This document shows positions 7,422 to 16,591 of a DNA stretch of 26,061 nucleotides, piece after piece. The stretch comes from Candidatus Zhuqueibacterota bacterium 4484_188 (GTDB lineage: Bacteria; Calditrichota; Calditrichia; RBG-13-44-9): positions 1 to 26,061 of the forward strand of contig MVCZ01000001.1 of NCBI GenBank assembly GCA_002049825.1, in the 5' to 3' direction. The position numbers and the translations under genes are program-made. Every line of letters starts with the position of its first letter. The first letter of the stretch is position 1. Below the pieces are notes generated by a model that did not search any database, had not been told where the DNA came from, and saw only the letters and a program-made list of their open reading frames with translations.

Positions 7422-10082
7422 TTATTTCTTTTCTACCGTGAATCCGATTTCGATCCGGCGCGGTTCATAAAATCGTGCCGGGTTCAGCAGTTGTACCCGG
7501 TCGGTGGCGGGAAACTGGGAATAATCGGGACTTCCGGTAGTGGCGAACACAAATCCGTTCACAAAATGGGTATTTAACAGGTTGAACACCCGCAGGTACA
7601 GGCCGCCTTTCAGCGGTCCCCATGCCACATATTTTTCCGCCCGGACATCCAACAGGGCGTAGGACGATTTGAGCCCTGAATTGGTTTCCAGGTCTGCGCC
7701 ATAGCCGGAACCGATTTGCGGCGTGTAGGGCTGTCCGCTTCCCAGCCGGAAGATAGCGCTGAGAGTGTAATTGTTGGCAACTGCGAAAATGGCAGTAGCG
7801 TTCAGGGTGTGCCGCTGATCCCAGTTAAAGGGAATGTCACGCGGGCGGGGGTCTTTGCCACTGGCAGCGCGGATGGCAGTTTCGCGTGGATCGCTGGAGT
7901 TGCCGCGGGCAAACTGCAGGGTGTAATCCAGCGTGGTGCTGATCGGTCCGATGGCCCGCTGGTCGAAGGCAATGGTGGTGCCGTACACACTGCCGAAATC
8001 TACATTGGTAAAGCGGGCATATTCGGCAGCCGCGTAGGTGGTGACAAATTCGGTTCCCAGCAAATCCCGGATATCTTTGTAGAAGAAGGACAGGTCTAAC
8101 CCCAGGAAACTGGTCAGCGCCTGTTTCAAACCGAATTCATACTGGATGGTGCGTTCCGGTTTCAGGTCCGGGTTGCCCATGACGCCGTAACTTATGCCCC
8201 CCTCCTGCAACTGGTCGAGCACCGAATAGTCGGCATTGTTGTACAGCAGTCCCAAACCGGGCATCTGGTAGAAATGCCCGTAGGAAAAGTAGAGCGATGC
8301 CGCGGCAGACAGCGGGAAACTAAAGCCGAGACGCGGTGCCAGCGCTGATTTAATGATGGTTTTTCGCAGCACTGATTTTGGGGCACCGGCAATGGCATTC
8401 GCCGGATTTTGCAAATCGTCGGGCACCCGCGCATTGGCGTCAAAATATTCCAGACGCACACCGGCACGCAGCACCAGGTCTTTCCACTCCACCCGGTTCT
8501 GCAAATAGGCATTAAACTGACGCGGGTAATAGGTCTGCACGCCCGGCTGCCGCGGAAGGTTCTGCCTCGGCTGAAGAATTTGCACGCCGCCTACTGTTGT
8601 GGGCACAATGAAACCTGGGCTGCCAAAGGATATCTCCGACGCCTGAAATTCAACCCCGCTCTCCACCAGGTTCGAACGGTTCACCTGCCAGGTCGCTGCC
8701 CCTTTCACAATGCCGTTGTTGGATTTCTGGATGAACCGGCTTAAATCCACCCCCTGCACCACTGATCCATGTTCGTAATTCGGATCGCCCAACGGCTGTC
8801 CGGCTTCCAAATAACGCGGATCAAATAAATCCTCGTAGGCATAATCCGAGTAGTCAAAATAGTTTTGGCGCAGGTTTAATTTGTAAAACAATGTACGGGA
8901 AATGGTATGCGTTATGTCCAGCCCATGGGATACCGAAAATGTTTTTTGTTTAGTAATTCCCTGCGGGTTCAGCCGAAACGCATGGTTGTAGCGGGTTTGG
9001 CGTACATCATTAAGCAACGCCTGATAACTGAGCTGAACTTTTTCCAGCGATTGGTTGCTCAGTTTAAACTGCCCGCTCCACTCCCGCCACGTTTGCATGG
9101 TCACCAGTTTTCCATCGCCGGTAGGACGAAATTCCCTTGTTTCGAAATCGCTGGAATCGGTGGGCAGGAAGCGCCGTTCACCGAAAAGGTAGCCGTCGTT
9201 CAGATAGCGCCTGGCGCTGAGAAAATAGGTGGTGTTGGGAATAAACAGCGGTCCGCTGAGCATAAGCTGGTAATTCCGGATGGCAGCAGGATTGAAAGAA
9301 TTGTTGTGCGGGTAGCGTTTGGAATCTGTGGTATAAAAGTCTCCGCTGTACACTTCGCTGCGCCAGTCAAATCTATCAGAACCGCTGCGTAACACCGCAT
9401 TCACTACCCCGGACATCGCCTGCCCGTATTTGGCGTCAAAAGTGCCGCTGATAACCTGCACTTCTTCTAAAACCGAGCGATCCAGTTGCAGGGTAGAAGA
9501 ATTGTCGTAAGGGTTGTTCACCGTGACACCATCGACCTGATATTGAACCTCGCCGATTCGTCCTCCCCGGAAATGACCATCGATCACCCCGGCTTGCAGG
9601 TTGACAATCTCGGTTAAATTCTGTACCGGCAGCACTTCAATTTCTTCTTTCCCGACTGTGGAAACCGAACTGGTCTGGTTAAATTCCACAATGGGACGGC
9701 TTGCGGTTACCACCACGGTTTCGCCCTCAATCGCTGCGCTTTTCAGCCTCACATTCAGATTGGTGGTGCGGTCAGCATTTACCCGAAATTTTTCGACCAC
9801 CTGTGTCCGGTAACCGACGTAGGAAAACCGCACTGTGTAAACTCCGGCGCGAACATTCAGGATCAGATAAAATCCGTCCGTATCGGTGGCGGCGCCCAGG
9901 TTGGTTCCCTCCAACTCGATGTTTACCCCAATTAAGGGATCGCCATCGGTGGAAGTGACCACGCCGGCCAGCTTTCCGGTGGACTGGCTTCTGCCGGTGG
10001 TTACCAGAAGCACCAGAAACAGCAGTGCCGGAAACCAATATTTCCGGTAAATAGTAGAAATTTGTGACCACACACTTTGCAT
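7422..10082 (-). CDS. TonB-dependent receptor with N-terminal carboxypeptidase-regulatory-like domain, cassette copy 2
   Basis: 886 aa with signal peptide. TGKLAGVVT..DGDPLIGVNI..GAATDTDGFYLILNV..GVYTVRFSYVGY N-domain; plug GHFRGGRIGEVQYQVDG and VISGTFDAKYGQAMSGVVN; barrel motifs PRLGFSFP, YFSYGHFYQ, GNPDLKPERT, VFNLLN. Confidence 0.9.
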   Translation of the reverse strand: MQSVWSQISTIYRKYWFPALLFLVLLVTTGRSQSTGKLAGVVTSTDGDPLIGVNIELEGTNLGAATDTDGFYLILNVRAGVYTVRFSYVGYRTQVVEKFRVNADRTTNLNVRLKSAAIEGETVVVTASRPIVEFNQTSSVSTVGKEEIEVLPVQNLTEIVNLQAGVIDGHFRGGRIGEVQYQVDGVTVNNPYDNSSTLQLDRSVLEEVQVISGTFDAKYGQAMSGVVNAVLRSGSDRFDWRSEVYSGDFYTTDSKRYPHNNSFNPAAIRNYQLMLSGPLFIPNTTYFLSARRYLNDGYLFGERRFLPTDSSDFETREFRPTGDGKLVTMQTWREWSGQFKLSNQSLEKVQLSYQALLNDVRQTRYNHAFRLNPQGITKQKTFSVSHGLDITHTISRTLFYKLNLRQNYFDYSDYAYEDLFDPRYLEAGQPLGDPNYEHGSVVQGVDLSRFIQKSNNGIVKGAATWQVNRSNLVESGVEFQASEISFGSPGFIVPTTVGGVQILQPRQNLPRQPGVQTYYPRQFNAYLQNRVEWKDLVLRAGVRLEYFDANARVPDDLQNPANAIAGAPKSVLRKTIIKSALAPRLGFSFPLSAAASLYFSYGHFYQMPGLGLLYNNADYSVLDQLQEGGISYGVMGNPDLKPERTIQYEFGLKQALTSFLGLDLSFFYKDIRDLLGTEFVTTYAAAEYARFTNVDFGSVYGTTIAFDQRAIGPISTTLDYTLQFARGNSSDPRETAIRAASGKDPRPRDIPFNWDQRHTLNATAIFAVANNYTLSAIFRLGSGQPYTPQIGSGYGADLETNSGLKSSYALLDVRAEKYVAWGPLKGGLYLRVFNLLNTHFVNGFVFATTGSPDYSQFPATDRVQLLNPARFYEPRRIEIGFTVEKK

Positions 10083-10140
10083 TTTTTAAGCACCTGTGAA
10101 TTGGTAAAAACAGTTCAACACATCCGCTTTTGACGGAACA

Positions 10141-10177
10141 GGCGGGAGACTCTTACACCACTGCTTGCCCACCCGCC
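10141..10177 (-). terminator. GC-rich intercistronic stem-loop just downstream of the CBM9-like gene (mRNA stabiliser or partial terminator)
   Basis: GGCGGG (10141-10146) and CCCGCC (10172-10177) are perfect inverted repeats, extendable by G-U pairs on the minus-strand RNA. No U-tract follows. Confidence 0.4.
10150..10161. repeat. 12-bp direct repeat CTCTTACACCAC, copy 1
   Basis: Identical to 12347-12358; both copies are intergenic and flank the 10187..12082 gene. Confidence 0.7.
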
Positions 10178-10186
10178 GGAACCGTT

Positions 10187-12082
10187 TTATTTTACCAGAA
10201 GCATTTTTGCGGTCTGGCTCTTTACTATGCTGCCGGTTGCCCGGTTCAGCAAATGAATTCTGTAGTAATAGATGCCGGAACTTAACACTGACCCATCGAA
10301 AGCAATTTGCCGAACACCCATTCTCTGGGTTCCGGCTGATTGCCTGGCGACCTGCCGCCCCAGCACGTCAAACACCTGCAATTCCACTTCCCCGGTTGCC
10401 GGAAGCGAGTATTGCAAAGTAGTAGTAGGATTAAAGGGGTTGGGATAATTTCCCAGCAATTCCACTGTTTTCGGTAGAACAATGGCTTGCTGTTCTTCAA
10501 TCCCGACTGAAACATTGGGATCCATTACCGCCCAGGGTGTTGCCGGTCCGCCGCCGTTTTCCCGGAACCACCAGGTCCGCGTTCCGTAGTTCTGCAACGG
10601 ATCGTCAAATGAATCGCCATCAGCCAGCATCACACCCATGAAAATTAATTTATCACCCAGATCCGGCGGGTAACCGATATAAGTCAGATCAACTTTCATT
10701 TCAATGATAAATCCTTCGTCAATATCGGTATTCACATTGATGGTAGTATTTCCTTTCAGGGAAACGCCGAATTCGGTGTCGCTGGAATCCACCATTTCCG
10801 GCAGAAAATCAAAACCCATTTCCTGACCAGTGCCGTTAAAATTCACCCGCAATTGCTTGAAAATCATTTTATGGTCCAGGTCCAGGTCAGTACGGTCGCC
10901 CAGAATCAGCATGATGCCATCGATGGCATCGTAACTGTTCGATCCCTGCACCAATTGGTCGTTAATATCTGCCGAAAAATAGAGATAGTGACCGCGGAAG
11001 AATATCCTGATGGTCGCTTCAGCCGGATCGAGCACCGGCGGCAAGGGCGGCGGTAATCCAAGCGACGGCTGGAATTGTCCGCTTCGGTAGGGTCCCACCC
11101 CAGGATAGGTCATCCGCAGGGCATTGTCATCCCAGCGGATTTTAAAACTATCCACTTCCGACCAAACCGCTTCGCTCAACTGTCCGTCGATGGCGGGTGC
11201 AGGCAAAGCGGCACCGTTCTGTAAAATCACTTCCGGTGGGATGTCCGGAAGCACACCGGAACTGACCGTGACATCCGGGCGGGCGAATACCCGTCCCACA
11301 TTGCTGTTGTTCCCGTTCCAGAAACTTTGCCAGGAAGTGCGGGTGGAATACACCTTCAGAGGATCATTTTCGTAAAAGTAGTCGGCATCCCAGATGGAAA
11401 AATTCAACTGGATAATTTCGCCTTCCGGTTTGGTGGCATCGTAGCCCAGCGAATCCAGTGCAACACGCATCTCAAAAACATACCCCTTGTCCCGCAGCGG
11501 GTCGTTGGCAATTCCATCTACAAAAATTCCGGCATCCCACGCCGCTTTTTGCTTAGCGGTTCTTTCACTGGGGTATCCGCCGCCAAACTTTCCGTTAAAC
11601 CGCGGTGGCGCTCCCACCGAATCGGTTGTTTCCCACCAGGTTAAAAAATATTCCCAGGGAGAGGTGAGCACACTGCCGGTATTGATTGATTTAATGGACA
11701 TTAGCACACCGTCGTAAATAGGCCAGGCTGCTCCGCAAACCGAAGTATCGGGCACAGTAAAAGCCAGATACAACTGATTGTCCGGCGAAACCAAAAATTT
11801 TACCGTAGCATCGGTCGCATTTGTCACGGCACCGTTTCCCCCGCCGGGGTCTTTGATCCACCCGCTGGTGGGCAAACCGGCGCTCTGCCCGTACACAATT
11901 TTAAGCGACTCTGCCTGCGACCAGACCGACTCGTTCAAAACACCATCCAGGGTGATGGTTGCACCTTCTGTCGAGCGCGCCCAGATGGCGTCTTTCCGGG
12001 GTGCATACTGAGCAAACACAGCGGTCATCAGGAGCGATATCACTCCCAGACCTGCTATTAGATATTTTACGCCTCCTGTCAT
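10187..12082 (-). CDS. T9SS type-A sorting-domain protein with two CBM9/DOMON-like sugar-binding modules, cassette copy 2
   Basis: 631 aa with signal peptide (..AVFA/Q). Two modules start ITLDGVLNESVW and PAIDGQLSEAVW, with GYVFEMRVAL and GFIIEMKVDL strands. C-terminus NYPNPFNPTT..VFDVLGRQV..SSGIYYYRI..KMLLVK. No recognisable catalytic domain. Confidence 0.85.
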   Translation of the reverse strand: MTGGVKYLIAGLGVISLLMTAVFAQYAPRKDAIWARSTEGATITLDGVLNESVWSQAESLKIVYGQSAGLPTSGWIKDPGGGNGAVTNATDATVKFLVSPDNQLYLAFTVPDTSVCGAAWPIYDGVLMSIKSINTGSVLTSPWEYFLTWWETTDSVGAPPRFNGKFGGGYPSERTAKQKAAWDAGIFVDGIANDPLRDKGYVFEMRVALDSLGYDATKPEGEIIQLNFSIWDADYFYENDPLKVYSTRTSWQSFWNGNNSNVGRVFARPDVTVSSGVLPDIPPEVILQNGAALPAPAIDGQLSEAVWSEVDSFKIRWDDNALRMTYPGVGPYRSGQFQPSLGLPPPLPPVLDPAEATIRIFFRGHYLYFSADINDQLVQGSNSYDAIDGIMLILGDRTDLDLDHKMIFKQLRVNFNGTGQEMGFDFLPEMVDSSDTEFGVSLKGNTTINVNTDIDEGFIIEMKVDLTYIGYPPDLGDKLIFMGVMLADGDSFDDPLQNYGTRTWWFRENGGGPATPWAVMDPNVSVGIEEQQAIVLPKTVELLGNYPNPFNPTTTLQYSLPATGEVELQVFDVLGRQVARQSAGTQRMGVRQIAFDGSVLSSGIYYYRIHLLNRATGSIVKSQTAKMLLVK

Positions 12083-12346
12083 TTTTCTTCTCCCTATACT
12101 TCTTTTAAGATTTTAAAATGGTAATTCTATACCCGATTTATTTTTTTGTTTCAAAAAGATCAAGTTATAGAAAATTCCCGGAATGAGCCCGCCACGATAA
12201 AATACTCATTTTCCAAATTCGAATTATGCCAAATGTTTGTTGAAAAAATGAAGCAGGTAATCCTCTACTCCGTTTCAGCACCTCAACATTTTGTTTCTCT
12301 GTAATCGGTCACTTCTCCGGAACTCTGTTTGTTGCCACGCCGACCG

Positions 12347-12358
12347 CTCTTACACCAC
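12347..12358. repeat. 12-bp direct repeat CTCTTACACCAC, copy 2
   Basis: Identical to 10150-10161; begins a few bp past the PorV-family stop codon at 12364. Confidence 0.7.
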
Positions 12359-12363
12359 ACTAC

Positions 12364-13398
12364 CTAAAAATGAATCTCCAGCGAAAACCGGTGGGTATTG
12401 GTTAAGCGCCCCCAGTCGGCATAAGCATAATCAATAAAAAAAGGCATCCGGGCGGTCAGGTAATAAACAAAACCGGCGCCCAGGGTTAGTCCCTTCTCGG
12501 ACTGGTCCTCGAACAACGCCTGGTAGCCACTTCGCAGGAAGAACCGCTTTCTGAAGCCATACTCTAAACCAAAACTCAGGTTTTCGGTATTATCGTTGGG
12601 ATGCCGGGCTTCTACCGTGGCAGTAATCTGGGTCATCTCCCCTTGCACCAGGTTTGCCGCCGCGCCAAAACGGAAGAGCAAGGGCAAATCCCAGCGGTCG
12701 GTTTGCAGGTTGGCAAAAATGTTTTCGTTGTCCCCCCACTGGTTGGGATCAAAATCGTAGTTTACAAAAATGTCCTTGCCGGCATATTGCAATTTCGGTC
12801 CGAAATTGGAAATGCTCATCCCCAGCACCAGCCAATCGAAATCGGTTTTGAATAGAATACCGACATCGAAGGCGATGGTGGAAGCAGTCATGTGCCAGAT
12901 TTGTTGCCGCACATATTTTGCCGTAAGCCCCAGGGCAAAGCGGTCGGTCAGAGCGCGGGCAAAACTAAGACCGAGCGACATATCCATTGCACTGAAAAAT
13001 TCCCCGGTGCCTTCCGGTTCTAATTCAGAACGAACCTTCATATCCGGCATGGAAAGGGAAGTAAAAGAAAAACCAAATGTGCCAACGCTTCCGGTACGGA
13101 TCACCGCCGCAGCAAAGTCGAAATTAGTGCCTGCCAACCAATTGGTGTGCACGAAACTCACCGCGCCGGTCGGCTGAATATGGGTTAAGCCGGCCGGATT
13201 CCAATACAGCGAAGTAGCATCGTTAGCCGCAGCGACACAGGCGCCCCCCATACCGATAGCGCGTGAACCAACCGGTATTTTCAGGAACTGTGCTGCGGTA
13301 GTGCCGCTTTTGGTTAATCCACTGAAAATTCCGGCAACTACGGAACAACTCAACAGAACAAGTAGAATCAAAGTAGACTGTATGGTAACACCTTTCAT
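12364..13398 (-). CDS. PorV/PorQ-family (UPF0164-like) outer-membrane beta-barrel, cassette copy 1
   Basis: 344 aa with signal peptide; AAQFLKIPVGSRAIGMGGA..ANDATSLYWNPAGL signature; ends RFSLEIHF. Starts 10 bp after the stop of the upstream large protein. Confidence 0.9.
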   Translation of the reverse strand: MKGVTIQSTLILLVLLSCSVVAGIFSGLTKSGTTAAQFLKIPVGSRAIGMGGACVAAANDATSLYWNPAGLTHIQPTGAVSFVHTNWLAGTNFDFAAAVIRTGSVGTFGFSFTSLSMPDMKVRSELEPEGTGEFFSAMDMSLGLSFARALTDRFALGLTAKYVRQQIWHMTASTIAFDVGILFKTDFDWLVLGMSISNFGPKLQYAGKDIFVNYDFDPNQWGDNENIFANLQTDRWDLPLLFRFGAAANLVQGEMTQITATVEARHPNDNTENLSFGLEYGFRKRFFLRSGYQALFEDQSEKGLTLGAGFVYYLTARMPFFIDYAYADWGRLTNTHRFSLEIHF

Positions 13399-13408
13399 AG
13401 CAAACTTC

Positions 13409-16400
13409 TCATTTAATCAGTGCGAACCGTCCGATTTTTTCGCCAATATCCGGGGCATCGACGTGGAAGATGTAAACACCCGGCGCAATATCGAGTCTGT
13501 CTTTGGTGGTTAAATCCCAGGATTCCGAACCGTCCAGCATGTCGGAATTGTGTTCCAGGGTTTTCACATGATCGCCGCTGATAGTAAAAATGCGAATAGT
13601 ACAGCGCTGCGGCAGGTGAATAAAAAAGATTCTCCGCTCTCCTCTACCGGTAGAAAGCAACCGTCGTGGTTCCCAGCGTGCCGCCACCACGTAGGGGTTG
13701 GGTACCACCGCAATTTTGTCCAGATCGGTTTTTGCTACCTGGCGGTCTATTTTTGCCGCCCGGCTGGTGAGGCGATAGACATCAGCACTACGGAAAGGGG
13801 TTTTTATCTGGATGTGCAACACATCACCGTCTTTTGGTAGCACGGGTGTCGCTCCGCCATAAGGCTCTAAAAAATGCACCCGCCAGACTTCCCGCGGAAA
13901 ATTGCCATCCATAACCAGAATACGAATGTATTCGGTTGAGTCATTTAATGGAGCCGAGATGGTACTGTCGCGGGTCGATTCTCGCGGTTCCTCAAATGCA
14001 AAGCGCGCTTTTTTGTTTTCATAGAGGTCCCACACCGTAAAGTTCACCACAAATCCCTGACTGAAAAAGCGGCTGGTGTCTGGCTCACCAAAACGAATTT
14101 CGTAACTGGAAGGATAGCCCGGACGCCGGTGAGGAAAATGGTAGCGGTGCTCGACCTTAATGGGCAAATTGGCATCGCCTTTAGTCCAGCCGGAATTTTG
14201 CCCGTCCCAATCGATACTGTCGGTAAAAACCAGCAGTCGCATGCCGTCGAACACCGGGTTGGTGTCTTCGCCGCGCACACTGAAAGAATTGCGTACAATG
14301 GTGTCCGGCTGCGAGGGATCAGTCACATCTGCCATGTGATACATAATGGTATCCGGATGGGTGGTGTCATCAAAACTGACCTCGAAGATGCGGTTTTCCT
14401 GCACCTGCAACGGATCCAACACATCAATCCACAGGTTGCCGGTAGCAAATCCGGAAATATGCTCAATGGAATCCTTTACCCCGGCTTGGCGGAATCCCGC
14501 TGCCGGCGCCTGTGGGGTAACTGCCACAGTGTTTTTGTCCAGCCGTAAATTGCCATTGATGTCCTGCACAATTACCCGGCTGCACTCCGAGGGATACATG
14601 CTGGAATCCGGATCGCCCCGGTCGTAGGAAACCACCGCGTAATAGTAGGTTTTTCCGTTCATCACATCGGTGTCAGTCCAGGAGTGTTTTAAGCCTTTGT
14701 TGTCGCCCATGTAAATTTTCAGTCCCTGGAAATCCAGCGGGAAAAAGCCTTCCACATTATTCCGCAGATCAAACTGGGCAGCCGGCTTCAGGAAAGTTGG
14801 TTCGCCAAACGCATTGGTTACAATGCGGGCATCCAAAAATCCCGGATCGCTGCTTTTGTAAATTTTATAGCCCTCAAAATCGTAGGGTGGATTGGAGAAA
14901 GGATCGTAGCTGCTTTCTGCCACATCGTCCCAGTAGATGGTCACTTTTTTATCGCCGGGGACCGCCCACACTTTGGATTTCTCCGGTGGTCGGGCAAAAT
15001 TATAATTGTTATTGTAAATTTTCTGAACTGTTTTTTTGTTGCGCCGGATGTCCGCCAGGTTATCGCCGAACACCAGGCAAACTGAGAAACGTTCCGTTTG
15101 CAGTGTTTTCAGGGGAAAAAGTCCGGAACCATAGAGAAAGGCAATATTATCGTTGCCAAGCTGATCGTCGAAATGGCTGTAGGAAACACGATCCCAGATG
15201 TCTTTATCCCGGCGGAATTCAACACCGGAACCGATACTAAAAACATCGAAAGCAGTTAAACCAATTTGATCGGATTCATCCTTGTCAGTCGCGTCAAAAT
15301 TGGGTTCACCGGGGGTGGGCACACCGTCGCCTTCGCCCATGTCTCCGGTGCCGGCAAGCCCGTCGGCGCCAACATCGTCACGTTCCGGGTCCCAATCCAG
15401 GTCGTTGTCAATCAAATCGCTGCGGTCTTCATCAATCATTTCGTCAATGCGACCATCGCCATTATTATCCTGTCCGTCGGCATATTTGAAACCAATGTGA
15501 AAGGCTGCCTCGTCAATCAGGCCGTTTCCATTATCATCAATCCCATTCTCCGGCAGTTCACCCAGAATCATGTTCGCGGTAATCACCGGGCTTCCGCTTT
15601 CGCCGTCCTCGTCATCGTCAATACCGTTAAAGGGATTTCCCGGGCTCTCCAGAAAAGCGTAGCCGCACCAACCGGTTGGTCCCCAACCGCCCTGCCCCAA
15701 ACCATTTGTGTCCCATGAATAGGTAATATCATTTCCCAGGTCAAAGGAAGCGTTATCGTCATTGGAATCGTGCTGACCGCCAACACCCACATCTACATAC
15801 ATGCCGAAAATCATTTTGGGGTAATTGGTAGTGCTCTCGTTTGTAATATCGTAGTGCCAGAAAATCAAGTCTTCAGATTGCACATTAGACCACTGAAATC
15901 CCCGCACGCCAACTTTCAGCCCTAACCCCCTTCTGCTATGGTCTGTGGAATCGGGATAAAAATCCTGCCCATCATCTGAATCGTCGTCCATGACGAAGTA
16001 GCTTTCCTGGTCGGCATTGGTGCGCCTTCCGAAGTAACCGTTCCAGAAACCGTTCCAGCTGGCATCCTTATCTGCCCATGAACCAGGCCAGGAAATCGGG
16101 TCGTCGTTCAGGGCAATCTTATCGGCGTTTGGATTGGCATAGCCCGGGCGCGGCTGCCATCCGCGTTCCACACCTTCGGGCGAAACATCCATGCGCTCCC
16201 GGTAACCAGCTTCGCAAATATATAGAGTATCCCCATTATGATTGACTGTCTGTGTAACCACAATCGGGGTGATTCCGTCCATGTAAGAATGACCGGATCC
16301 CCGTGGCCACACGCCGGAAGGCTCGCGTCCCCACCAGGCAACTTCACCGAAATTGTAAAACAGGGTTTCCACCAGGTTGCCGTTATGAATGCCCACTTTG

Positions 16401-16549
16401 CGGTATTTTCGGTTGCCGCGCATCTCTTTGGGCACATACACCTGTGGGATTACGTTGCTTGCAAAAAGAATCAGCGCCAGGAGAATGAGCCATTTTCTGA
16501 CCGGTAGCTTGGTGAAAAGTGTAAATTTTTTTGCTTCTGAATCTGACAT
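13409..16549 (-). CDS. Uncharacterised 1046-aa secreted protein (several Asp-rich DxNxNG/DxDxDG repeats, FN3-like domain, atypical T9SS/FlgD-Ig-like CTD), cassette copy 1
   Basis: Signal peptide; repeats GIDDDEDGE, GIDDNGNGLIDE, GQDNNGDGRIDE; FN3-like VWAVPGDKKVTIYWD..FEGYKIYKS..YYYAVVSYD; C-terminal VVPNPY..LPQRCTIRIFTISGDHVKTL..WDLTTKDRLDIAPGVYIFHV..GRFALIK. Confidence 0.9.
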   Translation of the reverse strand: MSDSEAKKFTLFTKLPVRKWLILLALILFASNVIPQVYVPKEMRGNRKYRKVGIHNGNLVETLFYNFGEVAWWGREPSGVWPRGSGHSYMDGITPIVVTQTVNHNGDTLYICEAGYRERMDVSPEGVERGWQPRPGYANPNADKIALNDDPISWPGSWADKDASWNGFWNGYFGRRTNADQESYFVMDDDSDDGQDFYPDSTDHSRRGLGLKVGVRGFQWSNVQSEDLIFWHYDITNESTTNYPKMIFGMYVDVGVGGQHDSNDDNASFDLGNDITYSWDTNGLGQGGWGPTGWCGYAFLESPGNPFNGIDDDEDGESGSPVITANMILGELPENGIDDNGNGLIDEAAFHIGFKYADGQDNNGDGRIDEMIDEDRSDLIDNDLDWDPERDDVGADGLAGTGDMGEGDGVPTPGEPNFDATDKDESDQIGLTAFDVFSIGSGVEFRRDKDIWDRVSYSHFDDQLGNDNIAFLYGSGLFPLKTLQTERFSVCLVFGDNLADIRRNKKTVQKIYNNNYNFARPPEKSKVWAVPGDKKVTIYWDDVAESSYDPFSNPPYDFEGYKIYKSSDPGFLDARIVTNAFGEPTFLKPAAQFDLRNNVEGFFPLDFQGLKIYMGDNKGLKHSWTDTDVMNGKTYYYAVVSYDRGDPDSSMYPSECSRVIVQDINGNLRLDKNTVAVTPQAPAAGFRQAGVKDSIEHISGFATGNLWIDVLDPLQVQENRIFEVSFDDTTHPDTIMYHMADVTDPSQPDTIVRNSFSVRGEDTNPVFDGMRLLVFTDSIDWDGQNSGWTKGDANLPIKVEHRYHFPHRRPGYPSSYEIRFGEPDTSRFFSQGFVVNFTVWDLYENKKARFAFEEPRESTRDSTISAPLNDSTEYIRILVMDGNFPREVWRVHFLEPYGGATPVLPKDGDVLHIQIKTPFRSADVYRLTSRAAKIDRQVAKTDLDKIAVVPNPYVVAARWEPRRLLSTGRGERRIFFIHLPQRCTIRIFTISGDHVKTLEHNSDMLDGSESWDLTTKDRLDIAPGVYIFHVDAPDIGEKIGRFALIK

Positions 16550-16591
16550 CGCTAAAATCTTGCCTTTTTGATTTCGGTAAAAGAAAATTGC

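Noticed and set aside
12135-12163. Possible internal promoter TTGATC-17-TAAATC upstream of the second cassette
   Set aside because: Weak match in AT-rich DNA with no operator nearby; cannot be distinguished from chance.
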